Source: Mobula hypostoma (taxonomy: Eukaryota). Taken from it: 64,000 nucleotides of DNA. The notes under the pieces were generated by a model that was given only the letters and a program-made list of their open reading frames with translations, did no database searches and was not told the DNA's origin. The translations under genes and the position numbers were made by a program. Positions 1 through 12,569 of the stretch are shown here, in pieces (the first letter of the stretch is position 1; every line of letters begins with the position of its first letter). The stretch is from positions 49,478,001 through 49,542,000 of the forward strand of contig NC_086108.1 in assembly GCF_963921235.1 (NCBI RefSeq). Reading direction: 5' to 3'.

Positions 1-245
1 TTCCGCTGAGGTTGTGTGGGACTACAACCAGAGATCATGGATTAAGGGTGAAAGGTGAGAAGTTTAAGGGGAATATGAGGAGAAACTTCTTCATTGAGAG
101 GGGTGTGATGTGGTGCATGAAAGCTCGATTTCAACGTTTAATAGAAGTTTGCATAGGTACATGGATGGTAGGAGTCTAGAGGACTTTGATCCCAGTGCAG
201 GCTGATGGGAGTAGGCAGTTTAAATGGTTGATATGGTGTAGAGAA
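1..245 (+). mobile_element. CR1 LINE 3' end fragment
   Basis: Encodes the CR1 ORF2 C-terminal motif (HGLRVKGEKFKGNMRRNFF) followed by a CR1-type 3' UTR; similar to 20580-20870 and 33500-33790. Confidence 0.8.
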
Positions 246-1187
246 AAGAAGTCCTTGAGTGAATTTCTTTCCCTTGAGTGAAGTATTTTCAAGATGATTG
301 TGTGGAACATAATTAACAGCCTGGTAGGCAAGTCCAGATTTGGGTGAGCACAGAAATACAAGTTTTAAGCGGAAATAGTGGGCCATAATAGGTTGTACCT
401 GGAAGGTTACGGTGTTACGGTTGTGGTATTGGGAAGCCAGGTAGCTGTGAGTAACACACATGACAGCCAAAGTGGTAAGGAAAAAACGTGCTGCTATTCG
501 TCTTACTCATAATCATTTACCCACAATGCCCTCTCACATTTCATTCAGTGCGTAACACAGGGGGAAGCTTGACAGCACCCCAAAAGGTCACAATATACTC
601 GAAAATTTAACATACAGCACGACCAATAGGGCTTTAGAATGGTTTGAGGGGCATTGGAGTCCGGTTAAATTTGAGAGTTAAGTAAACAAAAGCTCTGTGG
701 GCAGCCATGTTAAACCCATCCAGAGAAAGATATATCATCAGGAGCAAGAACCACAAAGTTGGCATGAACTTGAGTAATTCTGGGAATGTGAAATGACAAA
801 TGTGAGAGAAATGGCAATGAATTGTAAACATTTTATAATTTTATATCTCTACTTGAGCAGCCATAAACATCGTCCAGAAGCTGGAATCAGTTGTTTCTGG
901 TGTTTTCTCTCCTCCTCATTGAAACTGCAGCCTCTCCTGTTAATCATGTACAATTTAAGATTTTTTAAAAGAAGATATTTTCCCTTAGAATACAGGTTTA
1001 TTTTAGTGACAACATTCTGTGTGGAATCTTCACTACATTCCTTGGATACATTTTGTCTGACTTAAATGTCAAATAGGCTGTATAAAAGGAAGAGGATCTT
1101 GGCAATTGTAGCAAAAAGTGGAGGTTAGTGATTCTCCATATTTGGACTCTGATTTTGATGAAATTCATAAACGGACTGACAGTTAAA

Positions 1188-2015
1188 TGTTTCAAAGGTA
1201 CACTTAATATCAGGGAAATGTATACAGTATACATCCTGAAATTCTTTTTCTTCGCAAATATCCATGAAAACAGAGGAGTGCCTCAAAGAATGAATGACAG
1301 TTAAAGTTTAGAACCCCAAAGCCTCCCCCAGCTCCCTCCCCCACTCACAAGCAGCAGCAAACTAACCATCTCCCCCCTCCCCACCAGCAAAAAAGCATCA
1401 GTGCCCTCCCTCCCCCACCAAGCACTCACGCATGCAGCAAAGCATCAATAAAGACAAAGACTTGCAGTACCTCAAAGACTACTCATTCACCCGGTAATCT
1501 GATGTACCTAATAAGGGAAAAAGAGGTGCCCTGGTTCACAGTGAGAGGGGAGACATAACAAACAACTTGCTGATTTATGATCTTAAAAATCTGTTGTGTC
1601 ACTTTTTCTGAGCTCTGTGCCCAGAGAGTTGGCCCCAAAAAGGCCCAGGTCTCTGGACACACAGCCCACGGCAGCTAACCCGCTGCTCCCGATGTTCTAT
1701 GTTCTCCCACGGCGCCTCAGTCAGGATCTAGAATCAGTCCATCTCCAGAGACACGAAAATCCAGCACCTTGAAGGCGCACTGGTGTTCCAGGCCGTGTCC
1801 TTGGGATATCAAAAAGTGGCCAGTCATGAGGCCCTGAGAGCGGGCCCCATTCCCACAAAGAGCGGAAGTCGGAGTGTAACTCCAGGTCAGGGTCTTCAAA
1901 AGAACCTTGAAAAAGGAAAAAAAGAGATACCAAAGATAGAAATAGACCTGTTTCCAAAAATGCAAGCAGAGGAGTCGCAGTTTAGTGGCATCATAACTTC
2001 GCTCCGCCCCCCGAT
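1188..2015 (-). mobile_element. Non-autonomous LINE-derived retroposon (about 830 bp) with Rex1-like 3' tail
   Basis: Reverse complement of 1190-1300 aligns by eye with 43025-43145 (ttcattctttgag...gaatttcaggatgtata...ccctgatattaa...tttgaa); CpG-rich 5' part; no recognisable ORF. Confidence 0.65.
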
Positions 2016-2208
2016 GTGAGGAGGATTTTTCCTCTGACTTCAAGAGACATGGTGTAAGAATAAATGAAGGCTATTTGGGACTCAGATGAGGAGAAGTGTC
2101 TTCATTCAGAGGCTGTTGAACATTTGGAATTCTCTACCAGCAGAGAGCTGTGGAGGCTCAATGAAAACAGAGATCGGTGAATTTCTTCACATTACGGGAA
2201 TAAATGAA

Positions 2209-2918
2209 TCATCATCATCATAATGCTCTATGTCTGGATGACTTGGGTAATCATGGTCGACATAACCATGGTTATTCTTGGCAAAGTTTTCTACGGAAGT
2301 GGCTTGCCAGTGCCTTCTTCTGGGCAGTGTCTTTACAAGACAGATGACCGCAGCCATTATCAAAGCTCTTCAGAGATCATAAACACAAAATGACGGAGGA
2401 ACTCAGCAGGCCAGGCAGCATCTATAGGAACGATGTTTCAGGCTGAGACCCTTCGTCAGGTTGGCCTGCTGAATTCCTCCAGACTTTTGTATGTATCATT
2501 TTCTTTTCCAGCTTCTGCAGATTTTCCTCTGTTTGTGAGTCCTGATAAAGGGTCTTAGCCTGAAACTTCGACTGTTTACTCTTTTCCATAGATGCTGCCT
2601 GGCCTGCCGAGTTCCTCCAGCATTTTGTGTGTGTGGCTTCAGTTTCCAGAATCTGCAGATTTTCTCTTGATTTTACTCTTCAGAGATTGTCTGCCTGGCT
2701 TCAGTGGTGACATAACCAGGACTGAATGATATAACCAGGGTGATACGCACCAGCTGCTCATACGATCATCCACCATCTGCTCCCATAGTTACATATAACC
2801 GTGATCGGGGCTCTAAGCAGGTGCTACACTTTTCCCAAGGGTGACCTGCAGGCCAGTGGAGGGAAGGAGTGCCTGACATCTCCTTTGGTAGAAACACATC
2901 TTCACCCCACCACCCATC
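2209..2918 (-). mobile_element. RTE-related SINE/non-autonomous element with (CAT)n tail, interrupted by a Penelope-derived cassette
   Basis: Reverse complement matches 25755-26085; carries the RTE/BovB-type 3' motif gaaggc..tggcaa.ccact. Confidence 0.7.
2378..2675. mobile_element. Penelope pLTR-derived cassette with two degenerate hammerhead motifs in opposite orientation
   Basis: 12-bp TSD ctcttcagagat at 2366-2377 and 2676-2687 (single copy in the uninterrupted element near 25925); hammerhead-like cores at 2431-2460 (-) and 2538-2574 (+, core mutated to CTGATAA). Confidence 0.8.
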
Positions 2919-5489
2919 TTAAGGGATATAGGAGAGCATTGGAGAATGGTGCTCAGATCGAAGATAAGCTATGATCCCAATAAAAGGTGCAGCAGACTCC
3001 AAGGGCCAGATGGCTACTCCTGCTCCCTTTTTGTTAGATTTTTATTCACCAACTTGGGAAAAAATGCATATTCAGTAGTTCTTACCTGAAATAGCAATCA
3101 TAAAGTAAGGTCTGCAGCCTTTTCCACCAAATGGTTTTGTTAGACCCTGTATTTTGTTTAGATTACATAGGATGTTTCAACAGGAATCTTTTCTGTTGCT
3201 CTTGCTGGTGGAGGGATTCAGGACCGACTTCACTTAGCATTTAAAGGCCATATTTCATAGTTCTAGAGAGATAACAGAATACTCTCACTTTGTAGAAGAG
3301 GGTGATTTTCTTCCATGTATCTAAACCTTAAACATATGGCTTTAAATTGCTTGTCCAGCATGCAGTCTTCCTGTAAATAAAAATGTTGTATTTTATTTCA
3401 CAGACTCTGCGCTGCACAAAACTGCTTTCCCCGCAATGTGACATGAATAGCTTCTGTTCTCATAGGAACTGAAGCTACCACACATCTGCTGCAGTGGTTT
3501 ATCCAGCTGTGCTTGGGAACTGGTTCTCTGATTTGGCTACTGCCAGGAAGTGACAAAATTCAGCATATCTGAATTTTTGTATTTGCTTCAACTGTTTCCT
3601 ACTCTTTTTCAGAGAGATTAACATTTAGTTCATGACAATCTTGCTGTGCTCCTCTCCCCTATACATTGCACTGGAAACCCTGACACCGTCACACTTGCAA
3701 TGTAAGGAAACTAACTGCAAACAATGACATTGTAAGCTTCCGTTCTCTCTGGATATTTGCTGTGCTCTTTATCGACCTCATGAGCAATACTCACAGGACA
3801 CTGAGACCAAAGAACAGTCATAACTTTGGGAAGTGAAGGAAAAAATGCACAACTCAAAAACTGCCAAAATGTAAATATAAAAATCCCAGGTGAATACTCC
3901 CCTGATAAGTAAATACAGTAATCTCACAAGCAAGCCATAGATAAATATGAGCTAGATTTTGGTCAAGATTTAATTTGTGATTTAGATTATTAATCTCATT
4001 TACAACTACCCGCACGGTGCTCTTCTTGGGGGGATATGTCATTTGTGCATATGATACACAGGACTGGAAAGTAGCAGATTTTCCCAGATCCAACGTAAGC
4101 AGTCTTTTGCACACATGCGAAACAACTTCAATCGTATGTATCATAGTCCACATAAACATTAGGTTGGCATTGATTTCTAGACCTGGGGCTCTAACAACAG
4201 AAAATAAAGGAATCCTTTGTACATTTAGGTTCATACAAAAGAAAAAAAAATGACAGAACTCAGTGAAAAGGATAAAATGAGCTTGTGACTCTTTTCCAAA
4301 TGGCCTTCACACTGAGTGCAGCAGACATGAAGTTTTATGCTTAGGCCAATAACTATATTACAGCTACATGCTGTCATTGGCACAGTTTACACAACTATTA
4401 GAGAATCTTTTTACTGGTTTGTTCTTACGATGCACCCCTTTTATGTGTTCACTTAAACAGCTCTTTAAGCTAGAAAAAAATAAGGCAGCAATGAACACCT
4501 TTTGTTTAACCCCAGGACTTCGAGAAATATAGGGAGTATAATAGGCAGTTAAAAGATACGCTTCATTCATCAGGACTGGGTGCAGGAGTTGTAACACTCC
4601 ATGGGCTAACATATCAGGAGAGCACATGCAAGATAGTTTTAAGGCAGATAGTAAAGTGTAGTTAAAGTCTGGTTGCCGCTTGTGGAGTAGTGAGAGTGGG
4701 AAATAGAGCCAGATCCACAGGGATGATAGCGTGAGACACAGCTGGGAACATCCTTGGATAAAGTATGACTGAAGAGAATGCACATGGAGAATGTGAAGCA
4801 AATTCTCTGAGGGACAGAAACAGCAGAAGTTGGCAAAGAAAGCTTTTAAAAAATGTACTTGAAAGAGATCCAGATTAACTGAACCTTGTGACCATGAACC
4901 ACGTTATCATTTATAGTTTCTCACTTTCCAGTTCACCCTTTTAGCCTGGCAAGTCTACGTTTTTAGCAGAAATGAAATAATATCCCCTTAGAATAAAATG
5001 GTTTGGATGGGGGAGGGGGTTCACAGGATATTTTGTTTTCCCATCTTGGCATTTTGTCTGTTCGTCTGTTCACCAGATAATCAAAAATCCAGGAGCAGGG
5101 TCCTGCTTACTGTAAGACCAGATGTAAACTATATCTTTGTTTGACAATTAAGATAACTCTTTGCATAATTTCAGGTTACACCACTTTCGTCCCCTTCCCC
5201 CACAACAAACAGCCTTTCCTGATTTTCATTTGTCTTTTCTCCATGCATCAAAGGGACTTGCTTCCTTCATGGGCTAAGGCACCAAGCAAGATGGTTAGAC
5301 ATCTGATCACCCAAAAGACAATCCAGGCAAGGCTGGTAGCATAATTCATCACAAAGCATATTCATAACATACACATACACACAAATGGTACAATGGTCTA
5401 GAAAAGAAACCTTATCCAATGCTGTTACATTGTGTTGCCTGTAATTTATTAAAGGGTAGACTGAGATAGTTCAGAATATATGGATGTGT

Positions 5490-6331
5490 AAAATGACAAC
5501 TGCTTCCTTAAATTCAAGTCAAAGTCAACATTTAATCTTATGCACTCAGAAGATTATTTAATGCTGATTCAGAATATCTGAGCCTCTCCCAAAATCTATG
5601 TTCATCCAGAGATGTACAATTCAACGCACTTTTTACTGGTGTCTGAAATGGCCAAGCAAATCACAAACTATTACAGAAATGGAGAACATCTGAGATTGAC
5701 TGAGGTTCTGAACTGGGACATGGATGGCAAAGTCATTCCCAACCCAGTGGACCTTGTGAACTTCTTCTTATACCTCTTGAAACTGGAGAGCTATCCGAAA
5801 TGCCAGTCATGTAACAGCTTGACGTGGTTGTCCTCACAGAATCAGAACTGTGACTGGTCCTGCTTGGTGATGATTTGCTTGGCCATTTCAGAGTGTATGA
5901 ATTTTATAGCTCTCTATAATCATACATTTTGGGGAAAGGTTAATATATTCTTAAAACATATTGGAATTGGTTTATTACTGTCACGTGAGAAACAGTGCAA
6001 AGCTTTTCTTGCATACCGTTCATCCAGATTAGATCATTTCACAGTGCATTGAGGTAGAACAATGTAAAACACTAGCAACAGAACAAAGCGTTCAGCTACA
6101 GACAGAGAACAGTTTAGGTAAATAATAAAGTGCAAGATCACAATGAGGTAGATTGAAAGGTCAAGAGTCCAACTTCTCGTACTAGGGAACTATTTAATAA
6201 AAGAAGCAGTCCTTGAGTTGCATAGTACAGGCACCCAGGCTTTTCTACCTTCTTCCTGACAGAATAATCTTCAGAGTATATAAGGTTAAATGTCAACATT
6301 GACTTGAATTTAAGAAAGTATTTGTTATTTT
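5490..6331. repeat. Imperfect inverted repeat pair (about 70-bp arms at 5490-5558 and 6263-6331)
   Basis: Reverse complement of 5503-5558 matches 6263-6318 at 48 of 56 positions by manual alignment. Confidence 0.75.
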
Positions 6332-6379
6332 GCTACAACTGTATTCCAATGGCTGGAATCCTGTGGAAGTGGCTAACTC

Positions 6380-6700
6380 CACTACTCCAAAACCTTTCCC
6401 AACATCCATAAGCTACAATTCAGCAGTGCAATGAAATACCTTCTCTACCTTTTGATACCTCCACCCTACTTTCAGCTTCCCCATGCCCCTGGACCCCAAG
6501 TTGAGCTGCATCCTGACTTGGTACCAGATTGCTATTTATTCATCATCACTGAGTCAGAATTTCAACTCCAATTCCAACAGCACAGTGGGAGTACTGTCAC
6601 CAGAATGACTGCAGTGGTTCAAGAAGATGACTGATCACCACCTTCTCAAAGGCATTTAGAGATGGACTATAAATACTGGCTTTGTCAGTGACAATGCCAA
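6380..6700 (+). mobile_element. Old CR1/L2-like LINE 3' end remnant
   Basis: Motif gactgcagtggttcaagaag...caccaccttctcaaagg...aaatactggc resembles old chondrichthyan LINE 3' ends; highly decayed. Confidence 0.45.
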
Positions 6701-7429
6701 AAAGGTTAAAAATGAATCACTTTCTAAAAATGCTTCCAATTCAAATTACTTGGATTGGAAAGCTATTTTATTGACAAAAAGGAATCATGTTTAATTTTCA
6801 TGAATAGACAGACTGCAATAAACCTAGCCAGGATTGTATTGCTGAAGATGAAATTTCACACTAGCCTGCAAGGGATGTTACACTTGAATCTTCAGCATTC
6901 CTGACTATTTCACGCCGCTGAAGCAGACCTTTTTCCTTTAGCTCTTTCCTCGTTTAACAGCACAAAGATTCCAGCACCAACGTAAAACAAAATCACCAAC
7001 ACCGTTCTGAGATGTAGTACTTGGGAATAATCTGAAACAGATGCATCACACGCAAAACACACTCTTCAAGTTAAGTGTAAAGCAGACTTCACTACGGTTG
7101 TAAATTATGTCAACACTTCTGTTAAATACAAACACACACAGATGTAAAACACTAACACCAGGGTAGAGGAGCAATTCCACTGCAAGTATGAACAACACAC
7201 ATTGACACATTATAAAACACAAGCATTGCTCATTTCTAAAATGTGGCGGCACCCAAAGGGTAAATGATAGAGGTCAGAATTGGGATAAAACACTGAATGT
7301 TTCACAAACTCTTTCTCTTGAGGGGCAAAAGAGCATGAGAATGTAAGGGGTTGTTGGACATGAAAAGCATAGTTGAGTGACCATATTTCCAATCTTCAGT
7401 ATTTCATTAGCACATTGACATTGCTGAGT

Positions 7430-7680
7430 GGACATTGAACCCGTGAACACTACATCACTACTTTTTATTTAATTTTTTTATTTCTATCTTTGCACTACTT
7501 ATTTAATTTAAAGATATATATATATATATATATACACACATACATATACACACACATACTTACTGCTATTCATGTTTTTTCTATTATTATATATTGCTTT
7601 GTACTGCTGCCTCAAAGACAACAAATTTCACAACACATGCCGGTGATATTAAACCTGATTCTAATTCTGATTCTGATACA
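7430..7680 (+). mobile_element. Rex1/Babar-type 3' UTR remnant containing a (TA)n/(CA)n microsatellite
   Basis: Tail gatattaaacctgattctaattctgattctga shared with 26830-26875 and 49870-49935; dinucleotide run at 7514-7558. Confidence 0.6.
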
Positions 7681-8614
7681 TTGAGAACAGGATACATACA
7701 AGTCCACTCCTCTGTGGGCCAATTTATCATGAAAGGTGAAACACTGGGGGAGAAGAACTCCTTTATTCCAAAAATAAATTGTGATTTTTGAATCTCTTCT
7801 TTTCTTCATATTTGCCCAGCATCTTGTCTAGCTGTCTCTGTTGGTTAAACAATGGGTATGAACTTTCAAACTCTTTTAATAATTAAATGAAGTATCATTT
7901 ATTACAATGCAGGCACTTCATGAGTCTGTTAGGCCTAGTGGAACTGTGGTTTAGCTGTTAAATGATAACTAAACAACTTATGTAATGCTCTTCTACCACC
8001 TGTTTTCAATCTGACATAGTATCCTCCGCACTCATATTTTCTCACGATGCTTGCATGTTTCTGGGCAAGCTTTCACATTGCCTCTTCAAGCTTATTCAGA
8101 AATAATTGAAAAGGAAATGAAATTATTTACACAGAAATGCAGCAGTAATCATCACCTGCTGGCATTCTGCTTGATTCACATGAACTGATGTCCCATATCT
8201 TCTCCATCACCAATACCCCAATTCTACCTTCACAATGTCCTTAACCCATGTTATATACACCTTTGATTGCCATTGGATTAAACAGGACTCTTTTGGCTAG
8301 TATTTCACCCTGCAACCTACATAAACCTGAAGTTGTCTAAAACTGTGCTGCTTGTCTCTTCGCTAGCACTAATTCAACATTTCTGAAGTCACAATTCTAC
8401 ACTGACCAGTAGACCAGCAACAGAGCTTGTCCCATGCTCTGTCAAAGACCTTTGCCAGCTCCGCAGTTCTTAATGATCTCTCTAATCATTTAATTCATGC
8501 TTTATCTTTATTGCTCCACCACTGGGCACTTACAGTTATCTACAGCATTGGCCTTAAGCTTCCAAAACAAAATCTTTGCCCCTTTATTTTCCTTTTCTTT
8601 AATGTAATTAGTGA

Positions 8615-8853
8615 TACAACATGGTAAAAGGCCCTTCTGGCCCAATAGGCCCACCCTGCCCAATTACATCCATGTGACCTATTAGTCTACTAAACCATAC
8701 ATTTTTGAAATGGGGTAAGAAACGGGAACAGCCAGAGGAAATCCAGATCGTCACAGGGAGAGCATACAAACTCCTTACAGTCAGCGTGGGATTGAACCAA
8801 GTCGATTACACTGTAATAGTGTTACACTAACTGCTACGTTCCCATGCAGCCCC
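8615..8853 (-). mobile_element. HE1-like tRNA-derived V-SINE
   Basis: Reverse strand has a B-box-like ggttcaatcc, the V-domain (ggagtttgtatgctctccctgtgac...tttcctctggctgttcccgtttc) and a CR1-like tail (gggccagaagggcct). Confidence 0.7.
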
Positions 8854-8951
8854 TTTTGATTTTAAGTTAAATTTCAACAATCAAAAGGTAAGAATTATTG
8901 CAAACTTCTTTTTCGCTAATGGTCTTGAGAAGCAGTTTTGTATATTCTGTG

Positions 8952-9674
8952 TGTAATACGCTGAAAGGTTTCGCTGCTAATGTAATGGTTTCTCTGTAAT
9001 GTTCCACTGCTGAGGTCATCGTCGTTGTGGCTATCACTCGAGGTCGAGGATGATGGTCTTCGTTCTGTTGATCTACTTATGGGCTCTCAAGTGGCTTATG
9101 TGTCCAATCTTGGCTTTGAAAGTTCTTCCGCATTCAGGACAGGTAGTTCCAGATGGCAGATCGGGCTTTGGTTGTTGCTGCCTCTCTTTCCATTTTCTTC
9201 TCCTTTCTTCTAATTCTGCACATCTGTTGGCTTTGAAAGTTGCTGTTCCTTCTTGGATGATGGCTTGCCAGAGTTTCCTGTCCTTGGCATTGGTTTCCCA
9301 ATTGTTGATGTCGATGTTACATTTCTTCATGTTGGCTTTTGAGACGTCTTTGAGTCCCTTCTGTTGTCCGCCTCTTTTATGTTTGCCTTCTTTAAGCAGG
9401 GAGTAGAAGATTTGTTTCGGCAGATGTTCATCTTTCATCCGAATAACATGACCGCTCGGTAATGGTTTCTCTGTAGCAGCAATGTTTGGGTTATGACTAG
9501 AGATAACAGGGCATGTTAGCCAATGAGCAGGATGTTGTTCTTTCTTGTGTGTCTGGGAGCTGGGAATTTGTGGGTCTTTTGCTGGGGAGAGAGGCAGAGA
9601 GAAGACAAGAATGGAGAGAGTTGGTAGGCCACCAGACAGAGTGGACTTGGAGCGAGGGTCCGAAGGTCAGTGAC
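8952..9674 (+). repeat. 5' LTR, split by an RTE insertion and truncated at about 9674
   Basis: 8952-9016 and 9454-9674 align with 12570-12836 of the 3' LTR. Confidence 0.9.
9017..9453 (-). mobile_element. RTE-clade LINE 3' fragment (ORF C-terminus with C2H2 zinc finger)
   Basis: ORF 9073-9438: (GHVIR)MKDEHLPKQIFYS..GKHKRGGQ...WETNAKDRKLW...CPECGRTFKAKIGHISHLRAH, typical of RTE C-termini; imperfect TSD gctgaggt / gctcggt. Confidence 0.88.
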
Positions 9675-12548
9675 AATCATAGTATTTGGATCCACGTTGG
9701 AAGAACATGAAGTGAGGCTGCTGAAGGTGCTGGGTCACCTGAAAGCTGAAGGGTTAAAACTTTCCCTGGACAAGTGCCAGTTCTGCCAAACAACTGTTAG
9801 CTATGTTGGGCACATAGTCTCACGGGATAGAGTACTTACAGATCAAGCTTAGATAGAGGCGGTTACCACTTGGCCAAGACCTCAGACTGTGAGCGTTCTG
9901 TGTTCGTTCCTTGGGTTATGTGGTTACCATCAGAGGTTCGTGAAGGGTTACATGAAAGTGAGTCACTAGTTGAATCAGCTTCTGTGCAGTTACCCTCCCT
10001 TGGAGAAGAAAGGGAGGGGTAAAAAGGACAGGAGGGTGGAGAGTATCTTAGCCCATTGGAGCCCTTTGGACCAAGGTGGGATAAAAAACGTGAGGAGGCC
10101 TTTCAGTCTCTGAAGAGGCTGCTGACTCAGGCATAGGTGCTGGCTTTTGCGGACCCTTGATTGCCGTATGTACTGCACATGGATGCCAGCCGAGAGGCTT
10201 TAGGAGGCATCCTGTATCAGATTCAGAGCACCGGGTTGAGGCCTGTTGCGTTTGTCAGCCGGAGTCTGTCATCCTCCGAGAAAAACTATCCCACGCACAA
10301 GTTGGAATTCCTGGCGTTGAAATGGGCGGTGGTGGACAAGCTGAGTGACTGTCTCTACGGGGCCAAGTTTGAGGTGAGGACGGACAACAACCCCCTAACT
10401 TATATCCTGACCTCGACGAAACTGGATGCCATAGGCCGTCGGTGGTTGGTGACATTGTCTGCCTATGATTTCAGCCTGAAGTACCGGCCGGGAAGCAGAA
10501 ACATTGATGTTGATGCTTTGTCCCGACAGGCGCATAAGGGACTGGTCAGGGACGAGGACTGGGAGAGTGTTCCTGCCCCAGGGGTGAAGGCCATGTGTCA
10601 GTTTGCCATCACCGTGAAGGCAGAGGGAAAGGAAGGGCAGAATCGAGCGGTGAATCAATTGGGAGCTTCTGATGACGCCATTCCCCAAGTTTACTGTAAC
10701 TTGACTGCTCTGAAGACAAATCAGCTGCCAGAATTGAGTTTGGGGGAGGTGGCAGCTGCTCAGCGAGGTGATCCGGGCAGCGATTGAAAAGCTTCAGGCA
10801 GAGAAGGTGAAACATACGTCGGTGCCTCCATTACTGTGAGAATGGCCTAGGTTGGAGTTGAGGAACCAGATCTTATACCAGGTCACGTCACCCCCAGACT
10901 GACCTTGGCATTGCCAGCTGGCTCGGCCCAAGAAGATTCGGAAGATTGCGTTGAAGTCACTTCGTGATGATTCTGGAAATTTGGGGGTAGAGAAGACCTT
11001 TGGATTACTCAGAGACTGGGTTTACTGGCCCCAGATGAATCGGAGGTCGAAGAATACTGCAAGCTGCATACGGACGAAGACACTGCCTACGCGGGCAGCT
11101 CCCTTGTCCCACTTGCAGAGGGTGGGGCCTCTGGATCTGGTGTGTATGGATTTCCCGTCAATAGAACCTGATGCCAGCAACATGGCGAATGTCTTAGTCA
11201 TCACGGACCACTACACCAGATATGTTCAAGCTTTTCCTACCAAGGATCAGAGGGCGTCTACGGTGGCAAAAGTGTTATGGGAGAAGTACTTCATCTATCA
11301 TGGCCTTCCCAGGTGGATACATAGTGATCAGGGACAGAATTCCGAGAGCAGACTCATCCATGAGGTACTGGCCATGCTTGGAGTCGAGAAGTCGAGAACA
11401 TCACCCTATCACCCGCAGGGTGATACCCAGCCAGAGAAGCTTTAATCGGACCTTGCTAGACATTCTCGGGACCCTGGAGATCAGCAAGAAGAGCAAGTGG
11501 AGTCAACATATTGGGCACCTGGTTCATTGTTACAACTGTACCCAAAATGAAGCTACTGGGTACTCGCCATATTATCTGATGTTTGGGCGCGAGGTTGAGG
11601 TTGCCCAATGACCTTTGTTTTGGGACTGACAACAGTGACTTACCACCGAAGATTTATCTGAAGTATGTTTCTGATATGAGGAGAGAGCTGAAAAGGGCTT
11701 ATGAATTAGCTGGGGTCGCGGCTGCCAGGCAGAATCAAGGAAATAAGAGGAGGTACGTACAAAAGGTGAGGTTTTTCCATCTCCTGCTGGGAGACCGAGT
11801 CCTCATAAGGAATTTGGGGCTACCTGGAAAGCACAAGTTGGCAGACCGTTGGGCAACTACGCCCTATGTGGTGTAGAGTCAGATGCCAAACCTGCCAGTT
11901 TTCCAGGTGAAACCAGAGGATGGGAATGGCCTTGTCAAGATTCTCCATTGGAACCACCTGCTGCCCCTGGGACAAGAGGTGCAGGTAGACCCAGAGCCCA
12001 ACTTGGAGCCTACATCTAATAAGAGGACTCTGCAGACATGCGAAGTGACTTCAGGGCCCATAGCAGGCGAAGTTAGGCTGGCCCCCACCCTGAGAGGGAT
12101 ACTGATTCGGAGGATGAGGACCTGGATGTGTAGTATATGCCGCCTTTCACTAACTCCCCATTGATTGAGGAAGAGACTCCCACTGAGTCAGGTGAAGTGG
12201 GGTGAGGCTATCTGTGGGCAGGTTGGGTTCAGCAGGGAGGAAGCAGGGCTTGGCCACGGGACAGAGGGGTCCAAGTTGCAGGTGGGCACGAGTGATAGGT
12301 CGGGGGAGGCCTTGCCAGGTAGACCAGAAGTATCCTCAGTAGTGTCTGATCCTGAAGAATTAGGTGAGGGGATGTGGAGATCTCAGAGAATTCGGAGACC
12401 ACCGGATAGGCTGGCTTACATAGCACCAGGGGAGCAGAGTGTGATTCCTACCGTTTTGGGGAGCTATGTCACTGCCTTGTGCACGTGGATTGGACTTTGT
12501 GTTTTGCAGGAAGGGTTGGTGAATTATCTCAGCATCATGAGGACATGA
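9675..12548 (+). pseudogene. pol: Gypsy pol remnant: RT C-terminus, RNase H, integrase and C-terminal tail
   Basis: IIVFGSTLEEH..LKLSLDKCQF (RT); LHMDAS..LGGILYQ..NYPTHKLEFLALKWAV..TDNNPL (RNase H); LVCMDF..ITDHYTRY..IHSDQG..PYHPQGD..GYSPYYLMFGR (integrase); broken by several frameshifts and stops. Confidence 0.93.
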
Positions 12549-12569
12549 CTAAATTTGGTGGGGGGAGAG

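Larger units (their letters stand above)
2045..3030 (+). mobile_element. Decayed CR1 3' end interrupted by an RTE-related SINE
   Basis: CR1 3'-end motifs at 2050-2205 (gtcttcattcagagg...tggaattctct...gctgtggaggc) resume at about 2920 (taagggatata...gggccagatggctactcctgctcc). Confidence 0.6.

Noticed and set aside
4364..4801. 145-aa minus-strand ORF
   Set aside because: No recognisable motif; composition is consistent with a chance ORF.
5612..6052. 146-aa ORF as a gene
   Set aside because: No recognisable domain, no clear splice or promoter context, and the 3' end runs into a repeat remnant.
9073..9438. Host C2H2 zinc-finger gene
   Set aside because: The finger is the usual C-terminus of an RTE ORF inside a 5'-truncated insertion in an LTR.
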